This document shows, one piece after another, positions 1 through 11,600 of a DNA stretch of 64,000 nucleotides (positions within the stretch are counted from its first letter, which is position 1; every line of letters starts with the position of its first letter). The stretch is from the NCBI RefSeq assembly GCF_964204645.1, contig NC_134035.1, positions 2,356,001 through 2,420,000 on the forward strand, read 5' to 3'. Below the pieces are notes generated by a model. That model did no database searches and was not told the origin of the DNA. It saw only the letters and a program-made list of their open reading frames with translations. The stretch is from Tubulanus polymorphus (Eukaryota; Animalia; Nemertea). The position numbers and the translations under genes are program-made.

Positions 1-16
1 GAGTCCGAATACTTAC

Positions 17-193
17 CCGAACCGACGCGAATCCGACGACTAGCGCCACCACATCGGACAGCATGTGAAACGAATCGGCAACGAGCGCGATCGAGTTGGC
101 GATGTAACCGACGGTGATCTCGACGACGAAGAACGACGCCGTCAAGCCGAGCATCGTCAGCAGACGACACGTTTTACCCGTATAACGACCCAT
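17..193 (-). CDS. SLC30A1: Zinc transporter ZnT1/ZnT10-type (SLC30 cation diffusion facilitator), first coding exon; gene continues left of the window
   Basis: Reverse strand reads MGRYTGKTCRLLTMLGLTASFFVVEITVGYIANSIALVADSFHMLSDVVALVVGFASVR (59 codons), then donor GTAAGT at 16-11. It contains the SLC30 TM2 motif ALxADSFHMLSD. Upstream acceptor TTTCAG at about 260-255 puts the exon start at 254. A single invertebrate gene may be co-orthologous to SLC30A1 and SLC30A10. Confidence 0.9.
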
Positions 194-1505
194 TATGTGA
201 CCACCAGGCGGCGCTGCGATGAACCGACGATCAAAATATGGAAATATGGAGTATCTGAAACGAGTCAAAGTTAAATACAATTAAACAGATTGAGTCATCA
301 ATATTTATGAGTCTAAATTTGTTTTCTAATTCAATTTAATTGAAGAGTAAGTCATTTGATAAGTCGTTACTGAAATCGTGTTCATTTTCCTGAAGTCTAA
401 ATTTGTATTTCTAATGCAATTTACTAAGTGTAAAACATCATCGCGTAATGCGTCACTATTTTTGAATTACAAGGGCCATTGTAAAGTACAATTTGCAAAT
501 TCCCTGCCTCGCTCAGGATAGATTCGGGGAGTTATCATCGCTGTGATGATGGGTAATCTAGCACGCGCGATGATCAAACCAACGATAGGCCTTCTACGCA
601 ACTTGCAACTTATCGCTTCAAAAACATTCAGAACCGATAAAAATTACGTCGAAAATGATGAAATAAAGAATTTTTGCCGTGTCATCGGTCGAGGTCGACG
701 ACACGATCACACAGCTGTTCACAGTTAACACTCCTAATTCACTAAAATCAATAATCCCTAATGATTTATACTAGTAATCATCGCTGCTGCGACACCTGCA
801 CGTCCTTCAACATCAGACAGATGTTCACTATCGGACGCGACACACGCACGTAACCATTTAATTATCTATTAATGAAGATCGAGATTAGTTTCTTTCCATT
901 CCTCTGGTGAGGGAACGGGGCGATACTGGCCGGTTCGAAAAACACCGTTTCTTGATTTCAGCAAAGAGGTCCGAGACGAACCTGCCATTTTAATACATAG
1001 GCCAATTTGGTTTTCACCAAAAATTTACGATCATAAATAGTATGATATTGATTGAACTCGAAATTATTCTGATTTTGATGAGAGTATTTTGATATTCTAA
1101 GGAGTTAATAGAAACCTCTCTCAAATAGTAGTCATAGTCAGGTCTGCCTTGTGAACCCTGGGTTGACACGGCTAATGGCTGAAAATTAATCCGCTAAACC
1201 TCTCGAGTCTGAGAAGTTCTTAACAAAATCTACCAAAAGCTATGCTTTGCGTTATACTTTCAACTACTAGTACAGCTTAAGGCCTAATACTCACTTTCTA
1301 ATCATCAAGGTTCTCAAACAGATTATTTACAATGAATGAATGAATGAAGGTCGATTCAACTGAATGGTCGTATAATTAGTTATTAAGTAAGTTATGCGTA
1401 ATAGTTTTTAGGGCCGTGCAAAACAATTCAATCAATGCCAACATGTCATTATTAGAATGAATCCTGAAGAATGCTGGATTTTTAAGGAGGCATTTGACAA
1501 CACGT

Positions 1506-1577
1506 AAAGCGCTCTGAGCAACCTGGTTGTATTTAGCACTACATAAATCGCATTATTACGATTATCATTATTATTAT
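1506..1577 (+). mobile_element. LINE2/SINE-type 3' tail remnant
   Basis: AAAGCGCTCTGAG..TAGCACTACATAAAT.. followed by (ATT)n, the stem-loop plus microsatellite tail typical of L2-clade elements. Confidence 0.45.
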
Positions 1578-2116
1578 CCTAATAGGACAAAAATGAAATA
1601 CTTAACAAGTCGTGATGGTTGGGGAATCTGTGAGCCTGATTACTCAATCATCATAATTTGTGTCCATACTATGTTAATAGGCTACAAATTCAGATAAAAG
1701 GTCGATGTCCAAAGGCCTCGATAAAATCAGAACATGATCGACATACGGGCTAACCTGAGCCAAGCGATCACACACGCAAACAATTTGGCCCAGGTCAAAC
1801 TAGCCGAAAGGATGTACTGCGTCCTAACGAGTTCAGTTAACCGATGTCACAAATATAGAACTAATTTACTTTCTCATAGACAAGGAGCATAAATACATTA
1901 TATACTGGCTGTGAGTTGGAAACCGGTCGTACGCATTTCCTGAGCTGAATAATTAATTACGAGCCGATATACGAACCAAACTGGTTCCGAGTTTTCAGCA
2001 TCGAAACTGGCCTGATATACGTCTTACCGGGCCTAAACAATATTACTATCTAATCATCGGCGAGGCTGTGTATAACGAGCCGCCCCCTACCTCGCTGAAA
2101 ATGAGACGGCGGCACT

Positions 2117-2172
2117 GAGCTACTAGCGCCTAGCTACTAGCGCCGAGCTACTAGCACCGAGCTACTAGCGCC
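2117..2172. repeat. 14-bp tandem repeat x4
   Basis: (GAGCTACTAGCGCC) x4 with minor substitutions. Confidence 0.9.
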
Positions 2173-2415
2173 AGGCTTAGAATGAACAATAGCAATGAAA
2201 AACATAGTGGAGCGAGTGCAATAATCAAACTGGAACTGAGACTAAACTATAATAAAGCTGTCTACATATGTACTAATACGCCTTTCAAATTTACAGACAT
2301 ACAATTTTAGACTTAATTCATACAAAGGTTTTGTTTGGGGCAATGAATTATACAAACAACATACATTTCAACATTCATTAGAATGCACTTCGTCTTTTTC
2401 ATTGGGCCTTATTAG

Positions 2416-2977
2416 ACCTAGTGGTTTAGTCTAGATAGACCTCGATCTCTGAAAATCCACCAAGGCCTTAACTCAACCAATGCTACATCAACGAAATCCG
2501 GCATTAACGGCGCTGATTCAAAGTTTGGTAATGAGTGGTGAATCCAGGGGGTGTGCGTAGGGGTCTGGACCCCTAATATTTTGAGGCCCCTGAAAAAATT
2601 CCATCCACAAATATTCCTACATCCATATTGTTAGTATATATATATGTATGAGTATAATATGAACATGAAGTGTGCCCACATGTCTGACATACACCTAGTA
2701 GTTAGATCTAGATAGACCTTGATCTCTGAAAATCCACCAAGGCCTAAATTCAACCAAAATGTTACATACACAAGATCTGGCACGAACAGTATTTCGCCGA
2801 TTCAAAGTTTGGTAACTGGTGCCGGATCCAGGGGGCATCCATGGGGGTCCGGGACCCCCTCATATTTTGAGGTCCCTAAAAAATTCCATCCTCAAATATT
2901 CCTACAATCATATTGTTAGTATATATATGTATGTGTATAATATGAACATGAAGTGTGCCCACATGTCTGACATACAC
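2416..2977. repeat. Tandem duplication of an approx. 280-bp unit
   Basis: Both copies run ACCTAGT..CTAGATAGACC..GATCTCTGAAAATCCACCAAGGCCT..CACATGTCTGACATACAC. Confidence 0.85.
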
Positions 2978-3607
2978 GCCGATTATAGATTTTCCATTTT
3001 TTCACCGGCTGAAAAAAGAAAACCAGCAGCACACCATTCTGTTCATTCGTACAAATTATGTCCGGTTCGCAGGTTTGTTCTATGCGTCTCGCGTTGTACT
3101 ACATTGTATTGAGAGATATCGAATGAAGACATTCGCGACAATTGTACTTCGTAATTCGCGTGTATATACAAAAACGAAACGTCGTCGAAATTGAAAAATC
3201 GCGAGCAAATATTTTCTATGTCTGTACGTATCGAGCAGACAATATAAATCATTAGACCTCTAGCGAGCGAGCGGTATTCAAAGTTTACGTTGTACGCCAA
3301 AATTAGTATAAACACTTTATTTTCGACTAAATACACCCCTAGCTCGACACTGTATTTAGTAGATACGACGATTTCATGGAATTAGGTTTCATGTCTCATG
3401 ACTCGAGGCTTCGAACAATTTCTTCGCGAAGCATTCAAATCGATGAATATTCATCCTATCAGGATTTTAATTTTCCTGGATTTTCCCCGCCATAACCATT
3501 GATATATATATATATTTCGTAATGATTAACAATAGGTAGAGTATAGGCACATCGACATCGCATACAAACCACAAATTACAGTCAGTATCACAAATTAATA
3601 TACTTAC

Positions 3608-3968
3608 ATGAGCATTCGGTGTAAGAATTAATCACACGTCTGAATAAATTACTAACTATTTTGTGGATGATTACTACTCCTGAATGCCGGCCACCACCGA
3701 CCAAAAGCTGGCGGATGATAAAGGGCTTTGTTAGATGTTAGACTTGTTTGCACGCGGTCTCTCTTTATGTTATTACGCTCGAAACAGATTAATTGGTATT
3801 AAAAGTCTATTCGGACCGAGAGAGAGAGAAAAGAGGAGAGAAGAGAGGAGAGTGCGTTGTAGACAGCAGCAGCGTACAGCGTTCACTGTTGAACAGGTTG
3901 TTGCTGTGTATTTGCACCCAGTCGAGTCACTCGCTGCCACTGATGCACGAAGACCACGAGTTGCACAC
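3608..3968 (-). promoter_or_regulatory. Putative proximal ZnT1 promoter and non-coding first exon with 3 metal-response elements
   Basis: Minus-strand donor ATG|GTAAGT at 3608/3607. MRE cores TGCRCNC at 3749-3755 (TGCACGC), 3913-3919 (TGCACCC) and 3962-3968 (TGCACAC). Confidence 0.5.
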
Positions 3969-6532
3969 ACTCACTCACTAGTTCTAGTGTATCGATACAC
4001 CCCTCACCAATCTGGCGACGTCGGTCGGTCGGCCGTCTCACTCATCTCTCAATTACCGAAATCAAACATATTATACTCATCATCTCTCAATCTATCGCCG
4101 AATTCAAATACATTTCTCTAGCCTCATGGAATGAACCAACCTCGAAAAAATTTAAATCCACTCATTTTCAATTGAGAAATTAATAAAAAGTTATACTTGT
4201 CCCTTTAGGCCTGTTACGACTGTTACATTGTCAGAAATCACTCAGAGTCCGAGTATCAAATCTTTCAATTTTTGTCCAGGGTGTTCCGAGTTTAAGTCAT
4301 TCACCGGCCCGTTGAGCAGTCAAGTTTTACCATCAATACTAAGCCCATTTCAGTGCTAACCGAACAATACTCTTATCATTCAACAGGTAAGACCAGTATT
4401 TGAATGACATCACCGATGGGCCCAGGTAGGCCTACTTCAGATTTCCTTTCAAATTTAGTAACTTTCATCCGAAGAACTTCGATATTTTTGGACGAGATTT
4501 TGTCGCAGACTTTTGGGATGAAATCTGCGTTTAAATTCTGAACTGACTAGTACGACAACATGAAAATATGATATCATCATTGCTTATGACACGTACTTAG
4601 GAAAATAAACAGATGCCACATACACCCTTAAATGTACAATTCATTCACAGGTCTATTGATTACTACTAGCTCAGAGTCAATAATATACAGGCTAAAAACA
4701 GTGGACTTCAATAACAGGTTCAGTAAAAATGAGGCAAGCACATTTCTGATTGTAGAAGCTTTTTTTTAAAAGCATTTTTGCAAGGAAAAAGTGACACTTT
4801 TCTTTATTATCCAAGACCACAGCCCTCGTCCTAATCCACAGAAGCCCAAGACACTGGTACCTGACAAATCTTGATCTTTAAACTTCTTAATTCTGTATCT
4901 AGTGGGATTTTTGTCATCACTTTATGAAGTTTTTTTTTTCATTCGGTGAAAAGTAAGCACTTCTTACGGCAATTATTTCACTTCTAAGCGCTTCGGATTC
5001 TCGCTATGATTCCCGCGTAGCCGAATACCTGGAAGCTAATTCTACAGGGAATGAATGCTCGTTTCGACATAGTACTCTAAATAACGACTAATGGGGTAAC
5101 ACACACCGAGTTAATGTATAACTACAGTCCAGGAACTAAAACTATGACAAAAGGTTCAAATCGCTAAAAATCGCTGATACCGTCAATAACTAAAAAATAA
5201 GTCCAGATCAAACGTGATATTTGTGTAAGATGAACATGAAGGAAAACCCAAAATAAAACCCAAAATAATTCGACCAAAGTTCTCGATTGAAAGTGTATTT
5301 CGAATCAACGTTTCGACTATAAACTAATATCATTTAGAAAATATCCACGCAAACACTGATTAGATTCATAGAGGGTAATTGAAATAGCCCGATAAGGTAG
5401 GACTATAGGCCGAATGGATAGGCTAACACTGACCTGATTTAACCAACTACAATCCTTATAGGATCGAACATTCCAAGAGAATGTTCTTAACCTACAGCGC
5501 CGTCATTAGGGATCATATTCACTGGCCCCACAATGCCGAACAATGTCAATCTCCTGAAAGCTCATAGGGCCTATTCATTTCATAGAGACAGAATAATGTC
5601 CCAATCAGGGAAATATAAACCAGTTCCAATTTTAGACAAGTCCGTTTTGATAGGGGATAGGGTAAGACCCCTTCTTACCATATCTGACAGACCTTACCCT
5701 GACCCTTACCCTTATCTGCTCCTATCCTCGGAAGAGCATTCGTGAAGTCAAATAGGCCTATGTCAAACAAGAAACTAAGCCCTGTTTAAAAACTGAAAGC
5801 TTCGTGCCAGGCGATGTCTAAACCTACGGAAAAATATTTCTTTTTTACATGAAAGTGTCGTCTTTCTCTCACCACAAAGATGTCACAAAAACTTATCTTC
5901 GCGACAGCTGCACAACTGTGACAAGCACGAGGACGACTCTTATCTCGTTCACGTACCACCGGAACAGAATACCAAGTCCAAAACTGACGACGATAGTATC
6001 GCAAATCGCGGAAATACAATGTGCGATATAAAATGTGAAGGGGCCTGACGCGAAATTCAACCCATTTTCAAACCCCCCTTATATAAATCTACACTTTTTT
6101 AAGCATTATTGACAGAAAGCGAGACGTGGCCAATTCTATGAATCGGTTTAATCAGATCATCTCGGAATTAGACCTTAAGAGAATGGTTATTAGGCCTACA
6201 ATGAGAAAATAGACTTTAGCACAATGTAGTAGACCAGACATTGTGATATCTTTAATTGTAGTAGTTTGCACCAGCAGAATTGAGAGTAATGTGACATTAA
6301 AAACAGTAGTTTGAATAAATTGAAAATGAACTAGACTATTCTGATTCTCAAGGAGCCTATGTCGTAGTTGAGGTCCTTGTTGTTCTCTCTCCCTCTCTCA
6401 AATCATAGTCATACCGAGAACAATTATCAAAAAGATAACATTTGGAACAATTTGAAAACTCGACGGAACATCTGATGTCATAGGCCCACCCGAACCGAAC
6501 CACTGTCAACCACAAACCTCCAAAATACTCAC

Positions 6533-6757
6533 CAGCAGTTATTTTCTCTTCTTTACTATACACAAAGCAATCCGACCCGTTTATTCCTTCATGAGCCGAA
6601 TTTAAATTCTCCTCTAACTCGTAGTCGTGCTCCAGCTCGGGACGTCCAATGACGAATTGTTAAATAGTAGTTTATAAGAGATGAAGAATTTTGCACTCAA
6701 CCCAATAAATCCACAGCTCATTGCTTGCACCCGGCGGGGTAGGGCTGAGAGAGTGCA
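6533..6757 (-). promoter_or_regulatory. Putative distal ZnT1 promoter (MRE x3, TATA, Inr) and non-coding first exon about 6648->6533
   Basis: MRE cores at 6692-6698 (TGCACTC), 6726-6732 (TGCACCC followed by GGC, as in the extended consensus) and 6751-6757 (GAGTGCA, reverse). Minus-strand TATAAA at 6676-6671, TCATT initiator-like site about 25 nt downstream, donor CTG|GTGAGT at 6533/6532. Confidence 0.6.
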
Positions 6758-8245
6758 CGGAGATCACTCGTTCCGGAGCCGATTCGACGTAAATCCTGAT
6801 GCGAATTTTACCGTTAACGCACTCGTGGTATCCAGTAAATGAAGCTGTACCGATCCGAATAGAGATGTTTCGTTTTCCGAGCCGTTATAACGCGATAAGA
6901 CGCGTTTGTTTGCTGTAAAACGGCGCCGAGCGTAAACACACAGTGTACCGACTGATTCTCGCCTCTTAACACCGGAGACCGGCTTACACCGTCCGGTGGC
7001 GCCGCCATCCGGGTAAATTAGAAATGACTCATAGTTGAAGTGTACTTTTATTGTACTGACTCACCACATCCTCAGTAGTACAAAGCAATAAAGAGTGCCA
7101 TATCTTCGATGCAAGGATTCAAACCTCCTCATTCCCGGTGCCAAATTTGATCTATTTCAAAATTACAATGCAGATCCAGTTCATCACCAACGGTATAGTT
7201 CTCGCAATAAAAGATGAAAAAGGAAAAAATACAAATCATGGAATAATATTACTTCAACTCATTTTTATTTACTTAATCAATAAAAGTCTTTCGATAAATT
7301 CATCCAAGTCATGATATAAAACTCAATTTTGGCTTTCGTTATTTACAGTAAACTAAGCACATTCTTCATAAATCACATATAATTTTTTTGCATAACATTT
7401 ATTTACTCATTATTTCAGTTTAGGTTCAATTTTATCTATCCCATCAACAATACATTTCTCTAACTGGACACAGGTTCATATCTAGGACCAACACAGTTAA
7501 ACGTTTAACTCTATCGACCATATTTTCAATTTTGACTACAAATTTCATATAGAACTAGGTCCTGGTCAACAATCATCTATTCATTAATCTAGACAAATCT
7601 ATTTTCAATCATTATTTCATGAAGAGACTGATTTAATATTGATCATAAACATTCAAACTTATTAAACGCCAACATTCTTCTTTCGAGAACAAATATGCCA
7701 AATCTCTCTCAACACTTCAAACAACGCCAAATTCGTTTTAATGTCTCAGCATCTTTCTTGGTCCCAACGATGGCTTTATAAAAGATTTTGTACGTCATAT
7801 ATTTCCGTGGCTTGCCACCATTCTTATCACGATAATCATCGCGTAGTTTCATAGTTAAGACCCATGATTCCAAATAATTTTCGCTACTAAAGAATATCTA
7901 TCTGATTATCATCATTCGCTTGATTTTCTAGGCACATTCACATTTCAGATTTCACCGGTATTTCGTTATCAATTACGCAGTAATTTCCGAGAGTTACGCT
8001 AAAAATCTGAGACAATGGTTGCACTGTCAAGACTCAAGATCAGACGCGGTTAACACGTTCGCTGCCATACCTGTAGTCGTGTACCGCACCGCCTTCGCCA
8101 AAATATACACACCTCACATAGATATTCACATAGATATACACACCTCACATAGATATTAATTTTTCGTTCGGCATTTTTGATGAACTGAAAAGTTCAGTTA
8201 ATTGCCACAACGTCAGCAAAAACAGCAGGTATGGCATTTATCACA

Positions 8246-8414
8246 TAGGGATCATTCATTTATTACGTATGCATAAAATTTGAGTTTTTCAACCCCCCTC
8301 CCTTTGTACGCAAAATCGGCCATTTTTTCATATACATTAAGCATTACAGTACGCAATTGCACTGTCCCCTCCCCCTTCCCCTTGATGCGTTCGTAATAAA
8401 TGAATGACTCCATA
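8246..8414. mobile_element. MITE family with GGG(A/G)TCATTCATTTATTACG TIRs; further copies at about 16957-17126 (inverted) and 24184-24525
   Basis: About 30-bp terminal inverted repeats and a shared core (CGCAAAATCGGCCATTTTT..CAGTACGCAATTGCACT) in three dispersed copies. Confidence 0.8.
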
Positions 8415-8669
8415 ACCAGTGTGCCAAGAGCTTATAACCATTTTCTAATAGTATATGCATACATACGCACATGCTGGCAAAATTCAGCACCCTTCCTTCT
8501 TATATATCTACACGGCTGGCGGCTAACGTGTTAGCCTTATTTTCTTCCTAAAGACCTTTCGAACAAATTTACACACGTCGCAGGATTGAAGACTATTTTT
8601 CGGCCGACGTTCCGACCAGATACTAGAACGACGATAACAATACACACGCGAGTCTCACACTTATATCAG

Positions 8670-11600
8670 TTATACGGTAGTTGCTGGATCGGTAGGCGAT
8701 ACGAACGCGCTGCTGCCATCTATTGGTAACGACGGACGACGGTGCGACGATATCGACGCGAAATCCGACAACGAACTGGAAGACGGACTGCCTCCGCTGT
8801 ATAGTGAACCGCGTCCGGAGCGGTGGCGTTTGCGGTGTTCGGCCTGACGACGTAGCGCGATGTTCAACCGGGTCGCTCCCCACATATATATACAATCGGG
8901 AATCCACTGCAACAACCAATGCTGAAAATACAACGAAGACAAATAAGTCTTTTTTTAGTGAGCGACCAAAACGATATTTGGTCGTCTCAAGAGGCAACTG
9001 AAACCGCTTCTCACATGGTTCCCACAGTTAAATGAATTAGAAATTCCCAGGTTTTTCCCAAGTATTTTCGTGGGTGATTTTTCAATTTTCCCAAATGGAA
9101 ATGAACAGGTATCATCATACTACAGTCAACATTCTATTTTAGTGGTGCCTGGTTGATAAAGGTGATTCTCAAGGGAAACTACTGAAGAAAGTCGCCCTTG
9201 GCAAATGAAATACATGAAATGTAAATGAATTTCCCAAGTATTTCCCTGATGAGGAAATTTTTCAAATTCCCAAATATTTCCAAACTGGGAATTCTTATTT
9301 CAAAATTCCCAAGTTTTTCCCGATTTCCCTGTTCTGTGGGAACCATGTTCTCAAAAACAGATGAGAGTGGTGAGGCCAGAGAAGAACCCTCAACGAAGTC
9401 TATATACCTGTAACGTATGAGGCCAGTAACCGGTGGTTTTTCTCGCCCAGCCGAGAGTTTTCAACGCATGACGAGCGTAAACGCTGGCAGACGGTATGAA
9501 GAAGTTCGTCGTCGACAGCGTTTCGCTGTAGGCGGTCATCCGCGTCGCGACGTAATACGGCGTTAAACACTGCACGATTACTCCGCTGCTTCGATACTCG
9601 TATTCCAAACAATACGACAAATAATCGAGGTATGACTGCAAAAAAATAGTAGAAAACAACAACGAAAATAAGTCCTCGAGACTCAGAAAATCTGAAATTC
9701 TAGACAATTCTGGAAAATTGAAAATACGGTGCCAAATTCAGGTCAGTAATTCAATTTTCCAGATTAAGAATAAATTACTATGTAACTGGGGGATATGGAG
9801 AACTGAAACACACTGACATTCTGGGTTTCAGAAGATTCACAAAATTCTGTTATACTTGGAGCAGAGTTTTTTTTGGAGGAAGCAGGTTAAAGACACTTTT
9901 ACACAAAAAATTAGGAATTAGTAGGCACATTATGACAGGGAAAAGTATGTAGGGCCAATAGACAGTCTAACTGAGATGCATCATTGCAACAGATGAATAT
10001 ACTCGTATAATGTACAAACCTTAGTGGCCGAGTATGCGGTCATTTGAGGGGTCGGTTTTAAACAAGATCCCGATGAAATATTTATCACAGCTCCGCGACC
10101 TCTAAAAAGAAATACCAATGAAACATGATCGTCAAAATCATATTTTAAAGAATTATTTCAACATTAGAACTTAACGTTTGTAAATTGAATCAGAAATAGG
10201 CTACAAATAGGGATTCAAAATAGAGACGAATTCAGCAATGCGGCAACTTATGTCCAATGTCTACTGGGTACTAACACTGAGGATATTGAATTAGAAATAC
10301 ATACATGTACTGATATAATAAGTGGGAATGAAAATAGTTGGACAACTCATCCAAATGAAGACTAAGGTACACTTAGTAAATTGAGTTGGAGATATGCAAT
10401 TCAGGACTAAAAGATAGTGAGAAGTAAACCAAGTTGGACTGTATTTCATTTCCCGTTTCTGTGCTGATTGTATAATAGATCAAATATGTACATAAACGAT
10501 ACCTTTTAACCATCTGTGGCATCACCATGTGAGTCATCTAAAAATCAAGTGCCAAATAGAAAATATATACAAGTTCATCGGAATGAGAATTTTCATTAGT
10601 ATTTTCTAACGAATAATTCACAGCAGTCCCCGATAAGAGAAACACCGAATACTTACGATTGTCGCTGCTATCACATTCACGTAAACTAGCTGCCATAATT
10701 TCTGCAAAAAATATAATTTGAATAATTGTTAAGCGCAATTCAGAGGACTAGGGGCCAGTTACAAAGTCGTGACCTAGGTCCAAAAGTGATCTCAAATCTT
10801 AAGACTGGTCTTAAGTTGTTAGATTGGCTATGGAACTAACTTGGTCTTAGACTGTCTTAAGTCTAAGCCGTGCCTTTGGAAGTGGCCCCTGAAGATGATT
10901 AGTTATGATGAATTTTATTGTCATAATCAACCTGCTGAAAGTGGCCAATCATATTTAGGGGCGGATCCAGAGGCTGATCCTGAAGAGCAAGTCCGATGTC
11001 CAAAAAGGTGAACTCCCACACATAGGGACCAATTATGACGTTCTCCCACTGTTTATCATTGCAGACAAAATGAAAAGGCCACTCAAATTGATGGACTTGT
11101 TCAAGTGTCATAAGTCCCACTGGATCCGCCCCTGCATATAACTAGCTACAGGTCATCGGTACTCACCTCTTCGGGTACATCAAGGAAGTACTGTGGATAT
11201 GAATACATTACTCCTACATTATTAACTAAAAAACAAACACAACTAAGAATCATGTTGTATTACTTAGTAGAGTGATAACAACGACTTTCTTCTCAGTAAT
11301 TATTGTTAGTATATAACATTTCGACAGATGTTAGAAAATTTGACTGGAAATTTACTAATACTAATCCCTAAGGCAGGTTTCAATTGGTCTTTATACCGTT
11401 TCCGGTCTCCACCCATTCTGGAATTCTCTCTCAGTTTTGGCGTGTTTGTTTCACCCAGAATTTTACAGAAGTATTTAACGTAAGTAATCTAGGGTGAACC
11501 AAGCTTCATCGATGCTTACCTAAGATACCTATATTTTTGTCACCTATTGCCTCCCGTATTGTATTGTACACGCTGTGGCCATGAGTAAAATCAACAGGAC

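Noticed and set aside
8623-9001. Overlapping ORFs 8623-8997 (-) and 8723-9001 (+)
   Set aside because: Alternative-frame and antisense shadows of the GC-rich last HSDL1 exon.
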